A program made the position numbers and the translations under genes. A DNA stretch of 64,000 nucleotides, taken from an uncultured Pirellulaceae bacterium. Its GTDB lineage: Bacteria > Planctomycetota > Planctomycetia > Pirellulales > Pirellulaceae. Positions within the stretch are counted from its first letter, which is position 1; every line of letters starts with the position of its first letter. The notes beneath the pieces were generated by a model. The model was not told the DNA's origin. It ran no database searches and worked only from the letters and a program-made list of their open reading frames with translations. The DNA lies in NCBI GenBank assembly GCA_964453205.1, contig CAYVRC010000005.1:12421-76420 (forward strand), written 5' to 3'. Shown in pieces: positions 27,676 through 35,811 of this stretch.

Positions 27676-27695
27676 GGGACGAGCAGGAATCCGCT

Positions 27696-28502
27696 TCACC
27701 GGTCATTTTTCTTCGCCACCATGAATCCGACTTGATACGTCGCGACGACGCGGTCCTCGGTGTCACGATGCCGCGAATCATAGTCGGATTTCAGCGCCTT
27801 GATTTCGCCACGTGTCAGAGGCGTCTCCGCCCGAGAAACCTCGCCTCCGGTCAAGCCTTGTTCGTGCAATGCTTTCAACAGTTCGTCGGCACCGGAATGT
27901 CGGACGGTAAAACTCTGTTCATGTTGATGGAGCAACTGCCACTGCACGGTCGCCGCCGCATCGGCCAGTTTCGCCATGTCGGGCAATGTGGCGCGGGGCG
28001 GTTTGAGCGGCGCGACTCGCAAACGGGACGCGTGAAGTTCTCGTAACGTGCCACGGAGCATGACCGCGATCGCGACATGGCCGCCGGATTCCAGCGATCC
28101 GTCGATCGCGTGAAAGGCTCTGTCGATCGGAAACACCCAGTGCAAAGATGAAGCGCTGACGACCAAGGGGTAAGGCTGCGGCGAATCGAATTCGCAAACG
28201 TCCGAAGCGAACCACCGCATGTCGTCGGGATCGCCAAGATTTCGTCTCGCCTGATCGACCATTTTCGCGGACAAATCGATCGCGGTGATAAGGGTCGTCG
28301 GCCGCGACCGACGCAGCCGAATCGTCAGTCGCCCCGTGCCACAGCCGATTTCCAACAGCCGGTCCGCCGGCGGCACGTTTTCCAACATTGCGATCACCCC
28401 CGCGGCGACCTGATCTTGAATCAATGAGTGTTTGTCGTACGACCGGGCGGCCGCCGAAAACCGCGATCGGATGTCATTGTCTTGGCCGGGTGACGCCCGC
28501 AT
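27696..28502 (-). CDS. bioC: malonyl-ACP O-methyltransferase (BioC-type class I SAM methyltransferase)
   Basis: Motifs are RFSAAARSYDKHSLIQDQVA, LLEIGCGTGRLT, AIDLSAKMV and VVSASSLHWV, which match the BioC pattern. It lies immediately downstream of a BioH-like esterase. The start is 28502 (MRASPGQ) or 28523; both overlap the end of bioH. Confidence 0.75.
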   Translation of the reverse strand: MRASPGQDNDIRSRFSAAARSYDKHSLIQDQVAAGVIAMLENVPPADRLLEIGCGTGRLTIRLRRSRPTTLITAIDLSAKMVDQARRNLGDPDDMRWFASDVCEFDSPQPYPLVVSASSLHWVFPIDRAFHAIDGSLESGGHVAIAVMLRGTLRELHASRLRVAPLKPPRATLPDMAKLADAAATVQWQLLHQHEQSFTVRHSGADELLKALHEQGLTGGEVSRAETPLTRGEIKALKSDYDSRHRDTEDRVVATYQVGFMVAKKNDR

Positions 28503-29172
28503 GTTGTTTCCAAAATTCCGCAATTTCCGCGGCGACCCGCTGCGGATTTCGCAGCGGCAAATCGTGACCGACGTCGTCGAAGGTCCGTAGGACGGAGCCG
28601 GGAATTCGCCGCGCCAGGTCGTCTGCCGCGTCCGGCGAGATCACTCGATCCTGCCGCCCGTGAAGGATCAACGTGGCGGGCATCGACTGGCCGTCGATCC
28701 GGCGAAGGTCCGCCCGACCAAGGTACTCTAGCCCATCGATCAAGATCTCGGAATCACCGCCGGCCAACCGCTCGGCCAGTCGCTCGGCCTGGTCCGGGTC
28801 GACTACCGCGGGCGCGGCGGTCCGTTCGTAAAACTTTCTCAGCGTCGGCACCGGACGTCGCTTGCACCCCAGCATCATCGCCCGGATTTCGGCCGGCGGA
28901 ACGCCGTGCGGGGAATCCGCGTCGGCGCAAAACCTGGCCGTGCTGCTGATCAGACACAACGCCGCGACCGAGGTCGGATCTTTCAGTGTCGCCTCCAAGG
29001 CCGACATGCCACCCAACGACCAGCCGACCAAAAAAAACGGACCGCCGACGGGAATCGAATCAGACGCCGCCAGCGTTTCGACGTCGAACCCCGACGACAG
29101 CTCAGCGGCCAACGGAGTCATCGCCGCTGCATCGAACGCCCATCCGGCGACCAGCAACAACTTGGGTTTCAT
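28474..29172 (-). CDS. bioH: pimeloyl-ACP methyl ester carboxylesterase (BioH-like alpha/beta hydrolase)
   Basis: The start is trimmed to MKPKLLLVAGWAFDAAAM (ATG 29172). It has the nucleophile elbow FLVGWSLGGMSALEA and a C-terminal GHDLPL (catalytic His region). Confidence 0.7.
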   Translation of the reverse strand: MKPKLLLVAGWAFDAAAMTPLAAELSSGFDVETLAASDSIPVGGPFFLVGWSLGGMSALEATLKDPTSVAALCLISSTARFCADADSPHGVPPAEIRAMMLGCKRRPVPTLRKFYERTAAPAVVDPDQAERLAERLAGGDSEILIDGLEYLGRADLRRIDGQSMPATLILHGRQDRVISPDAADDLARRIPGSVLRTFDDVGHDLPLRNPQRVAAEIAEFWKQHAGVTRPRQ

Positions 29173-29182
29173 GGTCGCATGA

Positions 29183-30112
29183 TCATGTCGCGCGAACCGA
29201 CAGCGATTCCTGAAGGGCGTCCACGTCGCCACCGGCGTGGTAATCGAACCGAAGATCGACAAGTCGTCCGGGCGAAACGTCGACAGGACCGTCGATCGGC
29301 AACACCAAACATTGGTTCGGCCACGTGATCGCGTGCTGTGCCGCCTCGTCAACCGTCAGAACGTTTTGCGTCACGAATCGAACGGCATTCAGGCACCCTC
29401 CGTTTTCGACAGCCGACTGTCTTTCGATTTGAAATCGCTGGGGAATCGTTTCGTGATAGGCAACGCTCGCGTAAGGCTGCAGGGCGCTCAACGGAATCGT
29501 CCCCGGCTGGTCTTGCAGGGGAGCTTGAAACATCGGAACCGGCGCATGGTAGCCGTCAAAGTCGAAACACTGTTGGACCGGCTGAACCATCAGGATGGAA
29601 ACTTCCGGAATAAACACGGGCAAGCCGACGGCGGACGACTTCGTCTCGAACCTCCGTTTGTAATTCTTTTTGAAAGCATCGATGACGCTCGCTTGCTTTT
29701 CGCGTAGCAAACCGACATGCAACATCTCGCAGATCACCGCGTCCACCGGTGTTTCGGGAACGAACTCCGTGGCGTCCGCCTGAACGACCGTCACGTGATC
29801 CGACAGCCCATTCAAGTCGACGAATCGACGTGACGCGGCGACCAGTTCCGGGTTCCGTTCGACACAGGTCACCCGAGCACCGCGACGAGCCGCGAACGAC
29901 GACAGGATCCCCGTCCCGCCCCCGAGTTCGACGACGTGCATGCCCGGTCGGACGACCAAGTCAATGGCTTGCCGGAAAGCCCCCATGCGGTCCGCATCTT
30001 GCAGCATGTTGTAGTGATACAACAGCGGAATGTACTGGCCCAGTAAGTTTTCTGGGGCCGGCGTTTCAGTCGCGCCGATGGACGGCGAATCGATCGTTTG
30101 CAGGTCGTTCAT
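29183..30112 (-). CDS. PRMT-like (protein arginine methyltransferase-type) class I SAM-dependent methyltransferase
   Basis: YHYNMLQDADRMGAFRQAI matches the PRMT pre-motif-I H-x-x-M-L-x-D-x-x-R-x-x-x-[YF]-x-x-A-I. It also has VVELGGGTGILSSFAARRGA (motif I), VTCVERN (post-I) and a ~150-aa C-terminal domain. Its ATG overlaps the upstream stop (ATGA 30109-30112). Confidence 0.65.
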   Translation of the reverse strand: MNDLQTIDSPSIGATETPAPENLLGQYIPLLYHYNMLQDADRMGAFRQAIDLVVRPGMHVVELGGGTGILSSFAARRGARVTCVERNPELVAASRRFVDLNGLSDHVTVVQADATEFVPETPVDAVICEMLHVGLLREKQASVIDAFKKNYKRRFETKSSAVGLPVFIPEVSILMVQPVQQCFDFDGYHAPVPMFQAPLQDQPGTIPLSALQPYASVAYHETIPQRFQIERQSAVENGGCLNAVRFVTQNVLTVDEAAQHAITWPNQCLVLPIDGPVDVSPGRLVDLRFDYHAGGDVDALQESLSVRAT

Positions 30113-32268
30113 GGGGCGGAGCGTACGACATCCGAGCGGCAGCACTCAAGATCGATCGCCCGATCAAACACCGCCACCTCGTCGATTCGGCCTTCCCAGC
30201 CGTCTTGGCCATCGCTGCGTCCGCCGATGAAGGACTCCCGGCCCGGCAGGGGACGGCCCCCGTTCGCGTCGGTATGCGTGATCTCCAGCCGATCGTCCAG
30301 ATAGATTTCGACTCGGCCGTCTTTCTGAATGATCGCCAAGTCGTGCCACGTCCATCGGTCGATCGGGGTTTTACCGATCGTACGCCGGTCCGTCGGACCA
30401 TTTTGCAGGACCAGCTTGCCCGGCTGATCCCCCGTCCCGCCGATGCCCACGTGGATTCCGCGCCGCGTCAATCCGTCGGCCCGATCGCGCGAGAACAACC
30501 AACCCGTCGTCCCGCGGGCGTCGGTCGGCATGCCGTTCCAAAACGAGAGCAAGACCGTGAATTCGTCCGACAAATGGGGAAGCCTCGCCCGCACGCGACC
30601 ACCGGCGAAGTGGGCTGAACGACTCATCGCCAAGACATCGTCGGACAACAGTCGGTCCTGAGGATTCGATCGGCCCGGCAAACCGAACACGACACCCGGT
30701 TCATAAAAGGCGTCACGGTGATGGCCCGACGCGTCCATGGCGATCGGCCCTTGCAGATCCCCCAAACGCCAAAAAGCGATCGGCCGCTCCGACAGCAATG
30801 CGTCGGTTCGATCGTCTTTCGTTTCGATCGCCACGCGGCGGTCGGCACCGGTGACCTGCTCCAACAGCCTCAGCCCCGCCGCAACGATCTTCGGCTCGGC
30901 CGTCACCTCCAATCCGGCCGATCGAGCCGCCCAAGTGTTGTAGCCGCCCAGCAGGTGTTGCTCCGGCGGCGGAATGTAACCGTCGGCCCCGTTGGCCAAC
31001 TCGATCACCATCGTGTTTCGCAGCGGGCTTCGGCTTTTGAACTTGATGCCCGTCAACGCGTAAGTTTCCGTCGGCGTCGTGACGATGCCGATGTCGCCCA
31101 GACGGACGGCTTGCACGACAACCTCGGTCGATTGCAATTCATTCAAAAGCACTTGCTCCCGCGCGTAGATCTGCTCCCGCGTCTGCGGAAGTTCGCCATC
31201 CAGGGCCGTAAAGATCTCTTGCGACCATTTCAAACGTTGGTCATCGGGCACGCGGTACCGCATCGGCAATCGGGATTCCGCCATCGCGACGGAATCGGCA
31301 TCGCGAAACTCGATCGAACCGTGGACCTTGGCGGCGATTTCGACCAGTCCGTCGGTAAAGCTTTCGATCGTGTCTTCGTCCTCATCCCGCCAAGAAAAGT
31401 AATCTCGTTTCCAGATGTCACCGCTGCAACCGTGGGACATCACCACGACGCAATCACCGCCGTGACGATCGTCCGCGGGCGTGGATTGCACGCGATCTTT
31501 CAAGCCGTCGCAGAACAACCCGAAATAATCCGCACTGATCGGAGCATCGCCGAAATAGTGCATCGAAAAATTCGCCAGCACGGCGATCGGTTCCCCGTCG
31601 AGCGATTCGAACGCGATCATCGAAAGTTGGGGGTCTTCCGGGCCCGATGGTCCCGTGACGTCGTCCAGATTTCGGGCCGTGTGCATGTTCGCGCGAACCG
31701 TCGGGTTGCCGAACGGGTCGTCGGCGACGCGATCGGGACGCAAGATCCAGCGACGGACCGCGGTGAAGTCGGCGGCGATCCCGCTGCCCCAACCGATCCG
31801 TGCCGGTCGCCGTTGACGGTCAGCCGACTCGATCGCTTCGACCAACTTTTCACGCAGGTAGGGAACGTAGTTCAAGTCCGCCGGCGTACCTAAAGCGCCG
31901 AAAGACGACGGAGCCGAGTGCGTGTGGGTGGCCGAGATCATGATGTGATCCGCGGAAATGCCGACGCGTTTCTCCGCCCGTCGCTTGGCATCGTCCAACA
32001 GCACTTTGGGCATCATGCAACTGTCCACGACCACCAAAGCGATTCGCGTTTCCCCGTCCCCGACCACGATCGCTCGCGCGTTGACGCGGCTGTGGATCGT
32101 TTCGGCCCGTTTGGCCGTCATGCTGCCGTTGATGTAGACAGGCAACGTCACGGGCGTCACGTCGACGACGGCCGCACCGACCGTCAATTCCGCGCGGCAG
32201 CGTCCGATGCCGATCGTCGTGACGATGAAAAACGCGATCAGTCGAATCTTGGCGGGCGAACAAAGCAT
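30109..32268 (-). CDS. exported neutral/alkaline ceramidase-like N-terminal domain fused to a C-terminal LamG/concanavalin-like domain
   Basis: The start is trimmed to MLCSPAKIRLIAFFIVTTIGIG (ATG 32268; signal peptide). The ceramidase-like region reads LTVGAAVVDVTPV...ARAIVVGDGETRIALVVVDSCMM...HIMISATHTHSAPS. The C-terminus FTVLLSFWNG...WHDLAIIQKDGRVEIYLDD...GRIDEVAVFDRAI is LamG-like. Confidence 0.7.
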   Translation of the reverse strand: MLCSPAKIRLIAFFIVTTIGIGRCRAELTVGAAVVDVTPVTLPVYINGSMTAKRAETIHSRVNARAIVVGDGETRIALVVVDSCMMPKVLLDDAKRRAEKRVGISADHIMISATHTHSAPSSFGALGTPADLNYVPYLREKLVEAIESADRQRRPARIGWGSGIAADFTAVRRWILRPDRVADDPFGNPTVRANMHTARNLDDVTGPSGPEDPQLSMIAFESLDGEPIAVLANFSMHYFGDAPISADYFGLFCDGLKDRVQSTPADDRHGGDCVVVMSHGCSGDIWKRDYFSWRDEDEDTIESFTDGLVEIAAKVHGSIEFRDADSVAMAESRLPMRYRVPDDQRLKWSQEIFTALDGELPQTREQIYAREQVLLNELQSTEVVVQAVRLGDIGIVTTPTETYALTGIKFKSRSPLRNTMVIELANGADGYIPPPEQHLLGGYNTWAARSAGLEVTAEPKIVAAGLRLLEQVTGADRRVAIETKDDRTDALLSERPIAFWRLGDLQGPIAMDASGHHRDAFYEPGVVFGLPGRSNPQDRLLSDDVLAMSRSAHFAGGRVRARLPHLSDEFTVLLSFWNGMPTDARGTTGWLFSRDRADGLTRRGIHVGIGGTGDQPGKLVLQNGPTDRRTIGKTPIDRWTWHDLAIIQKDGRVEIYLDDRLEITHTDANGGRPLPGRESFIGGRSDGQDGWEGRIDEVAVFDRAIDLECCRSDVVRSAP

Positions 32269-32398
32269 GAGACGGCTCGAGTGGTTTGGGGCGTAACGCT
32301 GACGATCCGCCGGAATCTGGCGGACGAATCTTGATCGACAGGCGTACCAGTGTCGTCGCAGTTTCGATCGAGGGGGGGAATCGGGGATTCGTCTCCCG

Positions 32399-33841
32399 TT
32401 AACGAGCACCGGCCCGTTTCTTTTTTTCGCTTCCGGTCAGCCGTTCAGGGTCAAAATCCGGATTGGACTCAGGCATTTGAGCGTCGACCGACACAAGCCA
32501 TCGCTCCAACCTGTCACGAAGTCGGCGGGTCCGATCCGGCATCGATTGCGACAGATCCTTCTGCTCGCCGATGTCGTTGGACAAGTCGTAAAGTCGCACC
32601 GACTGGTCCTCGTAAAATTTGATCAGGCGAAAATTCTCGGATCGAATCGCGCTGTAGGGTGAATCGCCGCCGGCATGATAATGCGGGTAGTGCCAGAACA
32701 GATCGCGATCGAGTGAAACCGAATCGTCTTTGAGCAACGGGACGAGGCTGCGTCCGTCCAGACTCTTTACATCAACAATGCCTCCGGCGACCTCGGCGAT
32801 CGTCGGGAACAGGTCGGTGGTGATGATCGGCTCGTCACACTGCCTGCCCGGCCGAACCACGCCCGGCCACGTGATGATCGCGGGGACACGCACGCCGCCT
32901 TCGTAGGCGGACCCCTTGCCACGTCGCAGCGGCAAATTTTCCGTAAAACCGTCGTGGACACCGTGTCGTTGCGTCAGGCCGCCGTTGTCGCTGATGAAAA
33001 TCATGACCGTGCGATCGGTCAAATCGTGTTCGTCCAGCTCCGCCACGATGCGACCGACGCTCTCGTCCAGACTACCCACCATCGCCGCGTATTCCGGATT
33101 GCGATGCACCGCATCGGGCCGCACTTTTTGTTTGAAGTAATCGACCAAGTCGCCACGCCCCTGGATCGGCGTATGAGGAACGTTGTAGGCGAAATACAAC
33201 ATGAACGGCTGTGTCTTTGACTGATCGATGAATTCACATGCCTTGTCGGTCAAAGCATCGGTCAGATAATTCGACTTCGATTCCCCCTCAGAAGGTCGAT
33301 CCAAAAGGTATCCTTTCCTGCGACCATTGGGGGCGGCAAAAGTGAAATCAAAGCCTTGGTCCATCGGATTCGTTCCGGCGGCTTGATCGCCACGCCCGTT
33401 CAAATGCCATTTGCCGACATGACCGGTCCGATAGCCGGCTTGCCGAAGCACCTCGGCGATCGTCGTCTCCTCGGGATCCAGCCGCTTGTTCCAGTCCGGA
33501 ATCTTTAACTTGGCAAACGGGTCGGCTTGCCCCGGGATGAAATCGGTCAGGTGCAATCGCGCCGGTGACTTGCCCGTCATGATGGACGCGCGGGTCGGCG
33601 AACAGACCGTGCAAGCGGAATACGCGTCGGTGAACCGGACCCCACGGTCGGCCAAGGCGTCCAAGTTCGGTGTCTCATAAAGATCGCTTCCGAAACACCG
33701 CAAGCCCGTCCAACCCAGATCGTCCGCCAACAGCAACACGATGTTGGGCGGAGGTTCCGCGGTCCGATTTTCATCAGCCGCCGTGCCGGCGGAGAGCGAC
33801 AGGATCGCGGACGCGATCACGACAAATGGGATGCACTTCAT
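32399..33841 (-). CDS. S1-family arylsulfatase (canonical C-x-P-x-R)
   Basis: It has a signal peptide, then NIVLLLADDLGW, YSACTVCSPTRASIMTG, GKWHLN and FISDNGG. Confidence 0.88.
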   Translation of the reverse strand: MKCIPFVVIASAILSLSAGTAADENRTAEPPPNIVLLLADDLGWTGLRCFGSDLYETPNLDALADRGVRFTDAYSACTVCSPTRASIMTGKSPARLHLTDFIPGQADPFAKLKIPDWNKRLDPEETTIAEVLRQAGYRTGHVGKWHLNGRGDQAAGTNPMDQGFDFTFAAPNGRRKGYLLDRPSEGESKSNYLTDALTDKACEFIDQSKTQPFMLYFAYNVPHTPIQGRGDLVDYFKQKVRPDAVHRNPEYAAMVGSLDESVGRIVAELDEHDLTDRTVMIFISDNGGLTQRHGVHDGFTENLPLRRGKGSAYEGGVRVPAIITWPGVVRPGRQCDEPIITTDLFPTIAEVAGGIVDVKSLDGRSLVPLLKDDSVSLDRDLFWHYPHYHAGGDSPYSAIRSENFRLIKFYEDQSVRLYDLSNDIGEQKDLSQSMPDRTRRLRDRLERWLVSVDAQMPESNPDFDPERLTGSEKKKRAGAR

Positions 33842-33911
33842 GGGTAGAATTCATCGGATGGGGGATTACGTCGATAGGCGTCGAGCCGAACCTCGGGCAC
33901 GAGCCGTCAGG

Positions 33912-35231
33912 TCACCGCACGCGATACAGCTTTCCGGACGTGCGGATGAAAAGTTGGTCTCCGGAAACCGCGATCGAAGCCATGCCGCCCGAGTCGTCCA
34001 GACGGTTTTTCGCGATCAGCTCGTATTCGGGTTGAACCCGAAAGACCAACACCTCGCCGGACTCGTCGGGAACGTAAAAGGTTTCGCCGATGACCAAAGG
34101 GGACGCACTGAAGTTGCCACCCAATCGTTGTTGCCACAGCCGTTTCCCGTCCTGCATTTGGAACGCGGCCAATATTCCGTCATCGCTCAAGGAATACAGC
34201 ACGTCGTCAAGAATCGTCGGTGAGGGGACATAGGTCACGCCTCGATCGGCTCGCCAAACGATGTGACTGTCGGTCACCTCGCCTTCGCCGTCGGCGGCGA
34301 TGCACAGAATTTCTTTCTCCGGATAGCCGCCGCTGACGATCACGTGGGGGTCTCGGGCGACGATCGTGTTGGCCATGACTTCGGCGGGTCCGTCGCATCG
34401 CCAAAGTTCTTCACCGCTGGCCGGATCATAACTGACGACGCGTCCGTAACCGGAATGCACGAGTTGCGGTCTACCGGCCAGTTCGGCGACCAGCGGTGTC
34501 GCATAGTTGCCGTGGATGCCCGCCCCTTCGCGCGGCGTTCGCCACAAGATCTCGCCGCTGTCGCGGACCAGAGCCGCCAGGTAGCCGTTACCGGGACTAT
34601 CGCCGCAGACGAACAACAAACCCTTCCACAACACGACCGACGATCCGTAACCGTGCTCGGATTCGAAGGGTCCGACTTCGCGTTGCCAGACCCGATTGCC
34701 CTGAAAATCGCACGCGGTGACGAAAAGACTTTCACCATGAATGAACGCCGCGTAAACATGAACACCGTCGCAAGCCGGCGTCGACGAAGCGTGCGTGTTT
34801 TTTTTGTGCATCCGCGGCAAGTCGCCTGAATGGACAACGGTTTTCCAAAGCTGATTTCCGCTGGCCTTGTCGATCGCCAAAACGCTTTGCGTTTGCTCGG
34901 ACGGGTCGGCGGTCGTCAGGAAGACATGATCGTCCCAAATGATCGGCGACGAGTGCCCGCTGCCGGGGATGTCGGCTTTCCAAACCACGCCTTCGTCGGC
35001 CGACCACGACGTCGGAACGTCACGGTCCGGTTCACGACCGTCTTGGTCGATGTTTCGCCAGGACGCGAAAGCGCCCTCGGGCGGCGTCACCTGAGTCTCC
35101 AAGCTCGCCAGCGATGCGTCGGTCGCTCGAATCGCGGAAGCCGGAGGAGCTTTCCCGCGGCCGCAGCCGGCCGTGAAAACCGTGAACCCGGCGAGGGCCA
35201 GAAAACCGACGTGTACGACTTCGAATTTCAT
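33912..35231 (-). CDS. PQQ-like/BamB-like beta-propeller lipoprotein
   Basis: It has a lipobox (LAGFTVFTAGC). Repeated W-containing blades include VVWKADIPGSGHSSPIIWDDHVFL, NQLWKTVV, NRVWQREV, EILWRTP, EELWRCDG, IVWRAD and KRLWQQRL. Its ATG overlaps the upstream stop (ATGA 35228-35231). Confidence 0.75.
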   Translation of the reverse strand: MKFEVVHVGFLALAGFTVFTAGCGRGKAPPASAIRATDASLASLETQVTPPEGAFASWRNIDQDGREPDRDVPTSWSADEGVVWKADIPGSGHSSPIIWDDHVFLTTADPSEQTQSVLAIDKASGNQLWKTVVHSGDLPRMHKKNTHASSTPACDGVHVYAAFIHGESLFVTACDFQGNRVWQREVGPFESEHGYGSSVVLWKGLLFVCGDSPGNGYLAALVRDSGEILWRTPREGAGIHGNYATPLVAELAGRPQLVHSGYGRVVSYDPASGEELWRCDGPAEVMANTIVARDPHVIVSGGYPEKEILCIAADGEGEVTDSHIVWRADRGVTYVPSPTILDDVLYSLSDDGILAAFQMQDGKRLWQQRLGGNFSASPLVIGETFYVPDESGEVLVFRVQPEYELIAKNRLDDSGGMASIAVSGDQLFIRTSGKLYRVR

Positions 35232-35800
35232 GATGGGGATTCACCGGTTGTGAGGTTGTGGAATAGTTGTCGGGCTTCTTGAAAAGCCGACTGCGCTTCG
35301 AGGGCGGACGAGCGGGATTCGTCCAAGTGCCCGTCCGCGGCGGCCGACCAGGTTCGATTGAGCATGCGTTCGCCCACCGCCGCGGCGACCAGGACTTCGG
35401 ATCCCTTTCGCAGCCCCAACTGATCGATTATCGCTCTTCGGGAATCGACCAGGGGTGCCACGCCGTTTTGCAACAAGTCCTCGATGTTTGCCAATCGTTC
35501 GTCGGGTTCCATCGTATCGAATCGTGACTGCAAGTCATCCAGCAAATCGACGATCGATCGCAGCAACGTTGCGGGGCTGATCCGCGTGCCGTCGGCGATC
35601 GCGATGGCCTCGCCGGCCGAATACGTCGCATGGTCTTCGCGACGCCACAGAATCAGCCCGACCACGGCGACCGACGCCGCGGTCAAACACAACGGCCACG
35701 TGTCCGGAAAGTCTGCTTTGTCACTCGGGGGCAGTTTGGCGGCACACAGGGCCGCCACCAACAATCCGCCGACGAACATCAGGTAAGCCAAAAGACGCAT
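35228..35800 (-). CDS. hypothetical small membrane protein (2 TM + helical domain)
   Basis: The start is trimmed to MRLLAYLMFVGGLLVAALCAA (ATG 35800), 11 nt after the OPT stop. A second TM is WPLCLTAASVAVVGLILW. The track ORF (to 36493) overlaps the OPT gene and is Arg-rich nonsense upstream. Confidence 0.55.
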   Translation of the reverse strand: MRLLAYLMFVGGLLVAALCAAKLPPSDKADFPDTWPLCLTAASVAVVGLILWRREDHATYSAGEAIAIADGTRISPATLLRSIVDLLDDLQSRFDTMEPDERLANIEDLLQNGVAPLVDSRRAIIDQLGLRKGSEVLVAAAVGERMLNRTWSAAADGHLDESRSSALEAQSAFQEARQLFHNLTTGESPS

Positions 35801-35811
35801 GTCGGATTCCC

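Noticed and set aside
27676-27695. Possible bidirectional terminator in the 20-nt gap between convergent SPFH and bioC genes
   Set aside because: The gap is too short and contains no inverted repeat.
30718-31893. 391-aa + ORF inside the ceramidase-like gene
   Set aside because: It is an antisense shadow. The minus frame carries the ceramidase and LamG motifs.
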